Positions 7,963-16,782 of a stretch of DNA of 64,000 nucleotides are shown in pieces. Source of the DNA: a virus; the IMG/VR virus record IMGVR_UViG_3300045988_073112. One strand, given 5' to 3'. Position numbers and translations under genes: made by a program. The notes beneath the pieces are model-generated. The model ran no database searches. It had not been told where the DNA came from and was given only the letters and a program-made list of their open reading frames with translations. Every line of letters starts with the position of its first letter. Position 1 is the first letter of the stretch.

Positions 7963-8433
7963 ATGGCGAATAAGTACATTTCTAATGTAGAACTCGGCAG
8001 TACCATTTACTCCCTTAAAGATGAAGAGGCAAGAGCCGCGGTCAATGCCTTGCAAACCGCGGTTTCTTCTTCTTTAGTCTTTAAAGGTGTCGTCTCTAGT
8101 GCTGCCGATCTTACCGGTCTAAAGGATTATAAAGTCGGTTGGACATATAAAGCCAATGCATCTTTCGAAATTGCTTCCCTGGGCAAGCTCGAAGTAGGTG
8201 ATATGATTATATGTATCAGCGATTATAGTTCTAGCTATAAAGCAAGTGACTGGACAGTAGTTCAAAACAATGTAGATACTATGACTGGGGCTTCCTCTAC
8301 GGCCGCGGGCACGAGAGGTCTAGTACCAGCACCTCAAGCTAATGATAACGAGAAGTATCTTCGAGGCGATGGAACATGGGGTTCTCCCGTCGCTGATGTT
8401 GCTTGGGGAAATTTCAATGATTTAATAGGATAA
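7963..8433 (+). CDS. tail-fibre-like protein (156 aa)
   Basis: N-terminal YSLKDEEARAAV motif shared with 6692..7909. C-terminal GLVPAPQANDNEKYLRGDGTW matches the phage tail-fibre ...KFLRGDGTW motif. Confidence 0.65.
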   Translation: MANKYISNVELGSTIYSLKDEEARAAVNALQTAVSSSLVFKGVVSSAADLTGLKDYKVGWTYKANASFEIASLGKLEVGDMIICISDYSSSYKASDWTVVQNNVDTMTGASSTAAGTRGLVPAPQANDNEKYLRGDGTWGSPVADVAWGNFNDLIG

Positions 8434-8461
8434 GCCAAATGGCTTATCCTATTTTTTTTTG
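8427..8461 (+). terminator. rho-independent terminator
   Basis: GATAAGCCAAATGGCTTATC hairpin plus a T9 run. Confidence 0.6.
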
Positions 8462-8601
8462 CATTTTTTCAAAATATATTGTATTATATGTATATAAGAT
8501 AAAAGAGGAAAGACCTTTTCCCAAAATAAAAGCACAGTTTGAAAATAATTAAAAATTATATTATAATATATATAGTAAATGAGAAAAAGGAGTTATAAGT
8601 T

Positions 8602-8934
8602 ATGTATCCGATTGAGAAGTATAAGTTTTATACCAATGGTTCTCGCGTAATTGCAGTTTCTACCTATGCAGGCAAGACTGTGCGAGGTGTTGCAGTTTGC
8701 CACGCTGGTGATACATTCTCTCTGGAAAAGGGTAAGAAGCTCGCTGCTCTGCGGTGCGCAGAGAAGATTGCCAAGAAGCGTGTTGCCCGTGCCAATCAAA
8801 AGGTTGACGAGGCCTATTGGGCGTATGTCGATGCGGAGGCTTATCTCGATAAGATGGTCGATTATAAGGACGATGCCCTCTATGAGTTGAACGAGGTCAT
8901 CGCTGCCAAGAACGATATGCTTGACAGTCTGTAA
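8602..8934 (+). CDS. hypothetical protein (110 aa); paralogue of 32932..33396
   Basis: RBS AAAAAGGAG; shares the G.TV.G.AVCHAGD.FS..KGK..A..RA..K core with the 32932 gene. Confidence 0.55.
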   Translation: MYPIEKYKFYTNGSRVIAVSTYAGKTVRGVAVCHAGDTFSLEKGKKLAALRCAEKIAKKRVARANQKVDEAYWAYVDAEAYLDKMVDYKDDALYELNEVIAAKNDMLDSL

Positions 8935-8971
8935 GAAAGTATCCTGAGCAAGATATAAAACTGCTCTATTC

Positions 8972-9065
8972 GGAGGATTAACCCTAATTGGCAAGGGAGC
9001 GGTCCTGAAAACCGCCAGTAACCGTGAACAACGGCGTAAGAGTTCGAGTCTCTTATCCTCCGCCA
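8972..9065 (+). tRNA. tRNA-Ser (anticodon UGA), type II
   Basis: Acceptor GGAGGAT/ATCCTCC, 3-bp D-stem CCC/GGG, anticodon stem GCGGT/ACCGC with loop CCTGAAA, long variable arm, T-loop TTCGAGT, CCA. Confidence 0.65.
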
Positions 9066-9095
9066 ACGAATTAGACGAGAAATAGGAGGTAAAAG

Positions 9096-9452
9096 ATGGA
9101 CGCTTTAGAATTTCTAAAGGAGCGCAAAAGAATGTGCAGTTACTACAAGGAGTGCGACGGGTGCGAACTTAAAGGGGTCAAATGTAGCATTGGCAACTTC
9201 GTAACTGATGAACATTACAGTAAAATCATTGCTACCGTTGAACAATGGTCGAAGGATCACCCGTGCAAAACGCGACAGAGTATATTTCTGAAGCAGTTCC
9301 CAAATGTCAAGTTTGACTCAAAGGGAATAATTGACATTTCACCGTGCCAAGTGGACCAGAAGCAATATCCACTCAATGGCAAGGATCGCTGTAAATTTCA
9401 GTCTTGCTTCGACTGCCGCCGTGAGTTCTGGATGCAGGAGGTGGAGGAATGA
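9096..9452 (+). CDS. Cys-rich small protein (118 aa)
   Basis: RBS AGGAGG; multiple CxxC pairs; locally elevated GC. Confidence 0.5.
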   Translation: MDALEFLKERKRMCSYYKECDGCELKGVKCSIGNFVTDEHYSKIIATVEQWSKDHPCKTRQSIFLKQFPNVKFDSKGIIDISPCQVDQKQYPLNGKDRCKFQSCFDCRREFWMQEVEE

Positions 9453-9799
9453 AAGATACAAACCTCGTAAGTGCGATAACAGGTAACACGGGTGACAGCG
9501 GATGGAAAGATATGATCCCGCAGGTGGATAGCTCGGACTTCCCTGCACAGTGGATGCCGTCAGCACTTGAGTGCAGCATCATTGATGCGCAGGCAAAAGA
9601 GATCGAGAGGCTGCGGGCGCAGGCGCCCACGGTGCGGCATGGGCGGTGGGACGGAAATGATTGTACCGTATGCAAACTTCCGTGGAATTATAACATGGTG
9701 CAAAATGCAGATGATTGGGGGTATTTTGACCCTATGCCTGACTACTGTCCCAACTGCGGGGCAAAGATGGACGGAGGTGCTGACAATGCCTGCTTGTAA
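9449..9799 (+). CDS. Cys-rich small protein (116 aa)
   Basis: RBS GGAGGTGGAGG; ATGA overlap with the upstream gene; CTVCK...CPNCG motifs. Confidence 0.45.
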   Translation: MKDTNLVSAITGNTGDSGWKDMIPQVDSSDFPAQWMPSALECSIIDAQAKEIERLRAQAPTVRHGRWDGNDCTVCKLPWNYNMVQNADDWGYFDPMPDYCPNCGAKMDGGADNACL

Positions 9800-10028
9800 A
9801 GCCTGTGGTGAGTGGTTTGCCAAAACCAATCCACATGAAGAACTTTGTTTCAAATGCGAGTATTCGTTGCATAGGTTGTCCAGCTATGTTGCCCGTGTGG
9901 TACGGTGCAAGGACTGCATCCATTGCACACACACAACAGATCGTGACGACTCTGGGCTATTTTGCGGAGGATGGCATCGGGTGCAACCCGATGACTTTTG
10001 CAGTTACGGCAAGAAAAAGAATGACTAA
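9786..10028 (+). CDS. Cys-rich zinc-ribbon protein (80 aa)
   Basis: RBS GGAGGTG before ATG 9786; CKACGEW..CFKCEY..CKDCIHC motifs. The track ORF 9567..10028 is an over-extension of this gene. Confidence 0.4.
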   Translation: MPACKACGEWFAKTNPHEELCFKCEYSLHRLSSYVARVVRCKDCIHCTHTTDRDDSGLFCGGWHRVQPDDFCSYGKKKND

Positions 10029-10137
10029 GTAGTTCTGGACTATTTACAATGGAAGCAAGAACTGAGAAATTTGCAAAAATATAAATATTATGATATAATA
10101 TTTATATAAAGTAAGGGAAGAACTTCTTCTCTTATAT

Positions 10138-10224
10138 GCCCAAGTAGAAGAACTGGTATATTCAGCAGGCTCAAACCCTGCCGGTCATTGACCACTGTGG
10201 GTTCGAATCCCACCTTGGGTACCA
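10138..10224 (+). tRNA. tRNA-Leu (anticodon CAA), type II
   Basis: Acceptor GCCCAAG/CTTGGGT, anticodon stem GCAGG/CCTGC with loop CTCAAAC, long variable arm, T-loop TTCGAAT, CCA. Confidence 0.8.
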
Positions 10225-10320
10225 GTGGCGCCGGCTATCGCGTAATACCGGATAATCAAAGAGGTATCGGTTGAAGATGGTTCGAAACATCCAGATCTTA
10301 TGGCCTCCGCCATGCCAAAT

Positions 10321-10407
10321 GCGAACGTAGTCAAGTGGTTTAAGACCCCGGCCTGCAAAGCCGTGTGACCCGTAAGGGCGTGAGTTCGAATCTCACCGTT
10401 CGCTCCA
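10321..10407 (+). tRNA. type II (Ser-like body) tRNA with anticodon loop CTGCAAA (anticodon GCA, a Cys codon reader on a long-variable-arm scaffold)
   Basis: Acceptor GCGAACG/CGTTCGC, 3-bp D-stem GTC/GAC, long variable arm GTGACCCGTAAGGGC, T-loop TTCGAAT, CCA. It differs from the Ser-GCU loop CUGCUAA only at position 36. Confidence 0.55.
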
Positions 10408-10427
10408 TAAGACCTTAACAGCAAAGA

Positions 10428-10488
10428 TAAAATGGACTGTAAATCCGTCGCTTATGCTACGCAGGTTCGAATCCTGCCCTCCCCACCA
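10428..10488 (+). tRNA. 3' two-thirds of a Tyr-like tRNA (anticodon arm to CCA) with no matching 5' acceptor strand upstream; fragment or pseudo-tRNA
   Basis: Anticodon arm ATGGA-CTGTAAA-TCCGT is nearly identical to the Tyr(GUA) tRNA at 4041. T-arm GCAGG-TTCGAAT-CCTGC, acceptor 3' strand CCTCCCC+A+CCA. A GCGGAGG plus Ser-type D-arm (TAGGGAAGTGGTTAAACCC) lies downstream at 10495-10520. Confidence 0.3.
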
Positions 10489-10602
10489 CTATATGGCGGA
10501 GGTAGGGAAGTGGTTAAACCCAACGGAACCGAAAAGATAAGGTCTAGAATCTAATCTCCCTTGTCCAAGGGAGCAACTAAAAATCAAAAGGAGATTGATA
10601 CG

Positions 10603-12093
10603 ATGAATACTTTTATGAACGCTATGAAGCAAGATACCAACTTTACCTTGACTGAGAATGGCGCAGTTACCCATAAGTCCACTCTGAATGGTCTTATGGA
10701 TTTGTTTGCGCTCGGTGGAGCATACCGCACTCGTTCTGATGCGGATTGCATCACTCTGTTCAAGGCAGCGTTTGACGAGGATGAAGCCCATGCTCTGAAG
10801 TGCCTGTTCTACCTGCGCGATGTGCGCGGCGGTCAGGGCGAGCGTCGTTTCTTCCGCGTTGTGACCAACTGGCTCGCTTCTCACGAGACTGAGGCTATGC
10901 GTCGTAACCTCCAGTTTGTGCCTGAGTACGGTCGCTGGGACGATCTGTATATCTTTGTTGGCACTCCTCTGGAGAAGGATGCTTTCAATCTGATGCGCCA
11001 TCAGCTGGCTTTGGATGTCTCTTGCAAGACTCCTTCTCTGCTTGCTAAGTGGTTGAAGTCTGAGAATACCAGCTCTAATGAATCTCGCCATCTGGCGGTG
11101 ATTACCCGCAATCACTTCGGCATGACTGCTAAGCAGTACCGTAAGACTCTCTCTACTCTGCGTGAGCGTATCCGCATTGTCGAGCGCCTCATGTCTGAGA
11201 ATCGTTGGGACGAGATTGAGTTCGACAAGATTCCTTCTCGCGCCGGCGTAATCTATCGCAATGCGTTCGCTCGCCGCGATATGATTAAGGCTAAGTATGA
11301 GGCTTTCGCTAAGGATACTGAGACTAAGGTTAACGCCAGCGCTCTTTATCCTCACGACATCGCACATCGTGCCTTTGAAGCCAATCGTAAGGGATTGGGC
11401 GATCCCGACCGTCTGATGCTTCAGAAGTATTGGGAGAACCTTCCTAACTACTACGGTGATAATGTCGAGAATGGCATTGCTGTTGTCGATGTTTCTGGCT
11501 CTATGGCCGGTGTTCCTATGGAGGCTGCGGTTTCCATGGGTGCGTACATCGCTGACAAGGCTCATGGCCCCTTCGCTAACCACTTCATTACCTTCTCTGG
11601 TAACCCTGAATTAGTGAAGTTCGAGGGCGCAGATATCACCGATAAGTTGTGCCGCTGCATCGGCGCAGATTGGAGTATGAACACTAATGTCGAAGCTGTC
11701 TTCGATATGCTGCTCAACACCGCAATGAAGCAGGGCGTAAAGCCTGAGGATATGCCCACTCGCGTCTATATCTTCTCTGATATGGAGTTTGACCACTGTG
11801 TTACCAGTAACTCTGCTGGTCAGCGTGGCTGGGGTTACGGTATGCGCAGCGATGCTATTCAGACTCTCTTTGAGGCTATGAAGGCTAAGTGGGCACGCTA
11901 CGGTTACAAGATGCCTAGCTGCATCTTCTGGAACCTGAACGCCCGCAATAACAACATTCCTGCGATTGGTGATGGCTTTAGCTACGTAAGCGGCTTTAGC
12001 CCTGTCATGATTCAGCAGATTCTCAGCGGCAAGGACGGACTCGATCTGATTCTTGAGAAGCTGGACAGCGAGCGTTACGCTCAGATTCACTAA
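10603..12093 (+). CDS. von Willebrand factor A (vWA) domain protein with a TROVE/DUF2828-like N-terminal region
   Basis: MIDAS motif VVDVSGSMAG. ATG 10603 with RBS AAAGGAG preferred over the upstream TTG in the track. Confidence 0.7.
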   Translation: MNTFMNAMKQDTNFTLTENGAVTHKSTLNGLMDLFALGGAYRTRSDADCITLFKAAFDEDEAHALKCLFYLRDVRGGQGERRFFRVVTNWLASHETEAMRRNLQFVPEYGRWDDLYIFVGTPLEKDAFNLMRHQLALDVSCKTPSLLAKWLKSENTSSNESRHLAVITRNHFGMTAKQYRKTLSTLRERIRIVERLMSENRWDEIEFDKIPSRAGVIYRNAFARRDMIKAKYEAFAKDTETKVNASALYPHDIAHRAFEANRKGLGDPDRLMLQKYWENLPNYYGDNVENGIAVVDVSGSMAGVPMEAAVSMGAYIADKAHGPFANHFITFSGNPELVKFEGADITDKLCRCIGADWSMNTNVEAVFDMLLNTAMKQGVKPEDMPTRVYIFSDMEFDHCVTSNSAGQRGWGYGMRSDAIQTLFEAMKAKWARYGYKMPSCIFWNLNARNNNIPAIGDGFSYVSGFSPVMIQQILSGKDGLDLILEKLDSERYAQIH

Positions 12094-12103
12094 ACCCTCT
12101 CAA

Positions 12104-12145
12104 ACGGGGAAATGGCAAGAAAATTGTCATTTCCCCGTCTTTTCT
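12104..12145 (+). terminator. rho-independent terminator
   Basis: ACGGGGAAATGGCAAGAAAATTGTCATTTCCCCGT hairpin followed by CTTTTCT. Confidence 0.6.
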
Positions 12146-12212
12146 ATTTATTGAAAAATAATTTAATTTATGATATAATAAATATATAAGGTAAGGAAAG
12201 GAAGTTACATAG

Positions 12213-13100
12213 ATGAATCCATTTGAAATGCCATTTCCAAGTTGGCTTACATCTTCGTTTGAAGCACCAGCGCAATCTGCCTCTGATTATTCTCTATATC
12301 GAGAGGACTTTGGTAGTATTTACAGCTTACTGAATACTATCAATAACCGTGAAAACAATAGCTTCATGCGTAATGAGGATTCATCTCAGGAGCATGGAAA
12401 TGAAGAGTGGAGTGGTACCAATTCTTATGAAGAGGCTCAGTCTCTCTTGATTCATGGCTACGAAGATCCGGTTAAAAGCATCAAGAGCAGTTTGGCTAAG
12501 AATAAGAAACTAACAAGCAAAATCTACAGTTCGATTCCGAAGCCTATTGCTCAGAACAGAGTGGTAGGATTTGTCCCTAATGTACCTAATGCTCTTAGAG
12601 GACTGCCGGAATCTATGATTACAATGGAGAAACTCCATAAAAAGAGAAAGACTATCTCTATTATCTACGCTACGGGCGGCAGTTGTGGCGTAGAAAGTGA
12701 TGTTCTAGCATCTGCGGGAGCGGCGCTTGTATCCGCCGTTAACCTTATTGAATTGTCTGGTGTGCAAACTGAACTGTCGATTGGTTTCATGCCTACGAAA
12801 GAAACTAAACAGATTATCTTCCCGACTGTGAAGATTAAAAGCTATGGTGAGCGTTTCAGCTTACAGAAAATCTGCTTTCCGATGATTCACCCCGCAATGT
12901 TTAGACGAATTGGCTTTAAGTATCTCGAAACCTGTCCCGGCATGGTGGAAGACTTCTCTCATGGCTATGGTCGTCCACCTGAGCTTGATGTTTTGAAAAC
13001 TCTTATCAAAGATAAAAATACCTATGTGATTAACCGTGAATGGATTACTCAACATGAAAATAACATTGAAGAAATTCTTAAATACATGGAGGTTTGCTGA
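12213..13100 (+). CDS. hypothetical protein (295 aa)
   Basis: RBS AAGGAAAGGAAG; lies between the vWA and MoxR genes. Confidence 0.55.
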   Translation: MNPFEMPFPSWLTSSFEAPAQSASDYSLYREDFGSIYSLLNTINNRENNSFMRNEDSSQEHGNEEWSGTNSYEEAQSLLIHGYEDPVKSIKSSLAKNKKLTSKIYSSIPKPIAQNRVVGFVPNVPNALRGLPESMITMEKLHKKRKTISIIYATGGSCGVESDVLASAGAALVSAVNLIELSGVQTELSIGFMPTKETKQIIFPTVKIKSYGERFSLQKICFPMIHPAMFRRIGFKYLETCPGMVEDFSHGYGRPPELDVLKTLIKDKNTYVINREWITQHENNIEEILKYMEVC

Positions 13101-13101
13101 T

Positions 13102-14061
13102 ATGAATAGAGATAAAATGCTCGAAGCGATGATGAAGGCGGTGACTGATGCAGTTGTCGATGTCAACGTGGATGAAATCCTGTCGAAAGTATATCCTCAG
13201 ATTGACGAGAAAATCCACGAAACTTATGGTTTCCTGCCGGAGATTCATGAAGTGCGGACGCCGACTGCAACCCATAAGATTTGCGGCACCACGCATGAGA
13301 AGTTTGACGAGGTTCTCAATATTGTCAATCTGGATATCCCCGTTTATCTGACCGGCAAAGCGGGCACCGGCAAGAACGTCATTTGTCAGCAGGTTGCGGA
13401 AGCTCTGGGTCTGGATTTTTACTTCACCAACGCCGTTACGCAGGAGTACAAGCTGACTGGCTTCATCGATGCCAACGGCAATTATCAGGAAACCCAGTTT
13501 TATAAAGCTTTTACGAAGGGCGGTCTGTTCTTCTTGGACGAGATGGATGCATCTATTCCTGAGACTTTGATTATTTTGAACGCGGCCATCGCGAATAGAT
13601 ACTTCGACTTCCCCAACGGCAAAGTTAGTGCGAACCCTAACTTTAGAGTCATCGCTGCTGGTAATACGGTTGGTACCGGTGCAGATAATAACTACACTGG
13701 TCGCTATTGCTTGGATAGAGCAAGTCTTGACCGTTTTGCTATGGTGAACATCGACTACTCTGAAAAGATTGAGATGGCTATGGCAGATAACAATAAGAAT
13801 CTGGTATCTTTCTGCCATCGTTTTAGAGAGATTACCGATAAGGCTGGCATTGAGTGTTTGTTTTCTTATCGTACTATTGATAGGATTGCAAAACTCGAAA
13901 CGGTAATCAATAATCTGTCCGAGGTTCTGTCTATCTCGCTACTTAAGGGCATGGACGAAGATACTTTGTCTATTCTTAAGAACGAGCTGTCTGAAGCTAA
14001 GGATATGACAAATAACAAGTATGCGAAAGCTATTATCAATGGTAATAGCTGGGATTTTTAA
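13102..14061 (+). CDS. MoxR/CbbQ-like AAA+ ATPase (AAA_5)
   Basis: Walker A LTGKAGTGKN, Walker B FFLDEMD, and the NFRVIAAGNT..G sensor region typical of MoxR-type ATPases. ATG 13102 overlaps the upstream stop and has RBS GGAGG. Confidence 0.7.
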   Translation: MNRDKMLEAMMKAVTDAVVDVNVDEILSKVYPQIDEKIHETYGFLPEIHEVRTPTATHKICGTTHEKFDEVLNIVNLDIPVYLTGKAGTGKNVICQQVAEALGLDFYFTNAVTQEYKLTGFIDANGNYQETQFYKAFTKGGLFFLDEMDASIPETLIILNAAIANRYFDFPNGKVSANPNFRVIAAGNTVGTGADNNYTGRYCLDRASLDRFAMVNIDYSEKIEMAMADNNKNLVSFCHRFREITDKAGIECLFSYRTIDRIAKLETVINNLSEVLSISLLKGMDEDTLSILKNELSEAKDMTNNKYAKAIINGNSWDF

Positions 14062-14073
14062 GGAGGTAAATCA

Positions 14074-14280
14074 ATGATGATGGAAGGGTGGCTTTGCCCT
14101 CGGTGTCATAAGGTAAATGCACCTTGGGTATCACAATGTTCCTGTGAGGATTTTTGGCGTGATAAGATTACTTGCAATCCATGTACTACAGGAGCATATC
14201 CGAGAGACAACTGGTCTGTTACTACAGCCACTAATACCGATGTAAGCAGCGACTCTATGAAGGCTGTGCCCTCGGTATAA
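14074..14280 (+). CDS. zinc-ribbon small protein (68 aa)
   Basis: RBS AAGGAGG; CPRCH...CSC motifs. Confidence 0.5.
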   Translation: MMMEGWLCPRCHKVNAPWVSQCSCEDFWRDKITCNPCTTGAYPRDNWSVTTATNTDVSSDSMKAVPSV

Positions 14281-14286
14281 GAATAA

Positions 14287-14320
14287 GGGGAGCTATCTAT
14301 ATAGCTCCCCTTTATTTTTT
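14287..14320 (+). terminator. rho-independent terminator
   Basis: GGGGAGCTATCTATATAGCTCCCC hairpin plus TTTATTTTTTT. Confidence 0.7.
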
Positions 14321-14374
14321 TGAAAAATTATAATATAATATATATAGAAAGTTAAGAAAGAGGGTTTGTGATAA

Positions 14375-14953
14375 ATGTTTGTTATTCTGTGGATTAAAGA
14401 AAATAAATATTATGCTTACACCAAGGAGAATCACTGGACTGATAATATTGAAGCTGCCGGCAGGTTTAATACCTTAGAAGCGGCTCAGAAATACGCCAAG
14501 AATGGACTTAAAGATAAGCTGCATGAATTGCAGTATCTTACTCTTGATGGCAAGGAAGTAAGCGAAGATCCCATTCCTACTTTAACAAAAGAAGAGGCTG
14601 AGGCTGCTTATGAAGAACTGCGGCAGGCAGTAGAAATCTTCGGTAAAGCTGCTGAGAAGATTCCTGCTATCACGAAATATTATGCAACTATACAATCTGA
14701 GCAGGATAGGCTGCAAGAAGATTTGCTCCATAAGTTTGAGTTTACCTCTCCCGGAAACATCATTTTCGTCAAACTGGGACGTATGCTTAAGGCTTGCCGA
14801 ATCAAAAGAAGAGAGGCTAAAGATCGTCTTGGTTATATGATTGCTATTGGCGATGCTAAGGGCAAGAACATTCTTGCCGCACATAACAATCATAATCGCC
14901 TGATTGAAACTCGCAACTATAACCCGCGAGTTGCGCCTGAACTGTTTAACTAA
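14375..14953 (+). CDS. hypothetical protein (192 aa)
   Basis: Follows the conserved promoter/leader; RBS AAGAAAGAGGG. Confidence 0.55.
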   Translation: MFVILWIKENKYYAYTKENHWTDNIEAAGRFNTLEAAQKYAKNGLKDKLHELQYLTLDGKEVSEDPIPTLTKEEAEAAYEELRQAVEIFGKAAEKIPAITKYYATIQSEQDRLQEDLLHKFEFTSPGNIIFVKLGRMLKACRIKRREAKDRLGYMIAIGDAKGKNILAAHNNHNRLIETRNYNPRVAPELFN

Positions 14954-14968
14954 GAAAGAAGGTATACG

Positions 14969-15280
14969 ATGAAACTATGGATTGATGACCTGCGGCCGGC
15001 GCCGAGCGGATATATCTGGGCTAAAAGTGTAAAAGCAGCTAAAACAGCGATCTGGCAGTATGAACATAACATGATAGATGATAATATCTTGATTGACCTT
15101 GACCATGATGCTGGTGACTATGCGTCTGAAGGTGGGGACTATATTAAGTTACTCGATTGGCTAGAAGCTAAAAACATTGTAGACACAGGATATAGCTTTC
15201 ATCTCCATAGTATGAATCCTGTCGGCGTTCAGAATATGAGAGCAATCATTGAGAAGAATGGATGGGAGGAAATTAGATAA
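14969..15280 (+). CDS. hypothetical protein (103 aa)
   Basis: RBS GAAAGAAGG; TAA stop. Confidence 0.5.
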   Translation: MKLWIDDLRPAPSGYIWAKSVKAAKTAIWQYEHNMIDDNILIDLDHDAGDYASEGGDYIKLLDWLEAKNIVDTGYSFHLHSMNPVGVQNMRAIIEKNGWEEIR

Positions 15281-15457
15281 TGGTCAAAACTTGGGTACAA
15301 TTATATGACAGATTGGGACGACAACCATTATCTAAAACGAAAGAATCCCGTATCGTCCTCAAGAATGAGGATGGAACTTTCACACCTTTAATGCTTGTAT
15401 TTGATAGCAACGGAGCAAATTGGTGGCTTGAGAAAAGAAAGGAAGGAAAAGATTAAA
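15281..15457 (+). CDS. small hypothetical protein (58 aa)
   Basis: ATG overlaps the upstream TAA; RBS GGGAGGA. Below the 60-aa cut-off of the ORF track. Confidence 0.4.
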
Positions 15458-15687
15458 TGGGTAAGTTTTCAGAACTCGATCTAAAATGGTATGAAGAGGA
15501 AGATTTGGAAGACCTCGAAGCCGAATATCCGGGTCTTTTCGATAAATCAAGAGAAGAACTAGACAAGTTTGCAACCCAGCTATACTGGAAAGCGCAGAAT
15601 CTAATCGAGGAAGCAAATAGCCTTGAGAGTAAGGCTGATGTTATTCGAACCTATCTGGGTGCGACAGAAAGAGAGGAAGTGTTGTAA
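15457..15687 (+). CDS. hypothetical protein (76 aa)
   Basis: TAAATG overlap with the upstream gene; RBS AAAGGAAGGAAAAG. Confidence 0.5.
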   Translation: MGKFSELDLKWYEEEDLEDLEAEYPGLFDKSREELDKFATQLYWKAQNLIEEANSLESKADVIRTYLGATEREEVL

Positions 15688-15689
15688 TA

Positions 15690-15992
15690 ATGGGAAAAAT
15701 TACTCGTCATAGCAAAGAGCGCATTGTTCAGAGGACTGAGGGATGTGAGAGTTTCGCAGAAGCTAAGAAGTTAGCTAAGCAAGCTAAGCGATCTGGTGCA
15801 ACTATAAATCAGTTTCAGAAGTTCCCTAAGTTCTTCTCGTATCTTCAGAACAAGAGAAACCAGACTAATACCTGTTCTATTAGAGTTTATCGAGGCAACA
15901 TTTATATCTGGCGTGGCAAAGATACATTGATTACCGCGCATCCTATCCCCGAAAGATATATTAAAGAAATGGAGGCTATTGGCGATGACTGA
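15690..15992 (+). CDS. hypothetical protein (100 aa)
   Basis: RBS GAGAGGAAG; TGA stop. Confidence 0.5.
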   Translation: MGKITRHSKERIVQRTEGCESFAEAKKLAKQAKRSGATINQFQKFPKFFSYLQNKRNQTNTCSIRVYRGNIYIWRGKDTLITAHPIPERYIKEMEAIGDD

Positions 15993-16782
15993 TGTTATGA
16001 GTAGAGTCCATGACCATCTCGATGAAAGTTTGCAGAGGTTTGACGAATCAAGAATCGTCGGTATCTTCTTGCAAGGCTCTCAGAACTATGGTCTTGAAAC
16101 TCCTAAGAGCGATGTTGATACGAAGCTGATTGTTACTCCTACTTTTGATGAAGTGGTTCTTAACAAGAAGCCTATCAGCACCACTCATGTAAGAGCAAAC
16201 AACGAGCATACCGATCTGAAGGATATTCGATTGATGCTCGCCACCTTCCGCAAACAGAATCTCAACTTCATTGAAATTCTCTTTACCCCTTATGCTTGGG
16301 TAAACCCTCTTTTTGAAAGTGAATGGGGTCGTCTGACTGCGGCGCGCGAGCAGATTGCTCACTACTCTCCATATGGCGCAGTTAAGACCATGAAGGGTAT
16401 CGCTATGGAGAAATATCATGCTATGGAGCATGAATATCCTAGCAAATTGGAAGTACTAGCCGAGTATGGCTACGATCCAAAACAGCTCCATCATCTCCTG
16501 CGGGTTCAGGAGTATATCCATAGATACATCAGCGGTGAATCCTATGAAGCGTGCCTGCATCCTAAGCGTCCTGAGTTTCTTGTAGCTGTTAAACAGGGGT
16601 ATTTTAACCTTGAGCAGGCCCGCACTTCCGCGGATGCGGCTATTGCTGACGTAATTGAAACTGCGGACGCCTTCTGTGAAAAAGTTGGTAAGACTTTCGA
16701 TACAGAAGTTGACGAATTGCTTGACGATGTGCAGTATAACATCGTTAAAAGTGCATTGAAAGGAGAAATCTTGAGTGATTAA
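15985..16782 (+). CDS. Pol-beta-superfamily nucleotidyltransferase
   Basis: GS-x9-13-D-x-D signature GSQNYGLETPKSDVD. ATG 15985 preferred over the TTG 15979 used in the track. Confidence 0.55.
   Translation: MTDVMSRVHDHLDESLQRFDESRIVGIFLQGSQNYGLETPKSDVDTKLIVTPTFDEVVLNKKPISTTHVRANNEHTDLKDIRLMLATFRKQNLNFIEILFTPYAWVNPLFESEWGRLTAAREQIAHYSPYGAVKTMKGIAMEKYHAMEHEYPSKLEVLAEYGYDPKQLHHLLRVQEYIHRYISGESYEACLHPKRPEFLVAVKQGYFNLEQARTSADAAIADVIETADAFCEKVGKTFDTEVDELLDDVQYNIVKSALKGEILSD

Noticed and set aside
9567-10028. 153-aa ORF from the track
   Set aside because: Its N-terminal two-thirds is an Arg-rich out-of-frame overlap of the 9449..9799 gene. A proper RBS and ATG occur at 9786, giving an 80-aa Cys-rich protein.
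10489-11583. Long minus-strand ORF (364 aa) opposite the vWA gene; similar antisense ORFs at 18687..19940 (-), 31595..32830 (-) and 13078..13818 (-)
   Set aside because: These lie entirely antisense to strongly supported + strand genes with domains and RBSs. They have no RBS, a low-complexity or Leu/Ser-rich composition, and no terminator or promoter context. They are typical shadow ORFs.
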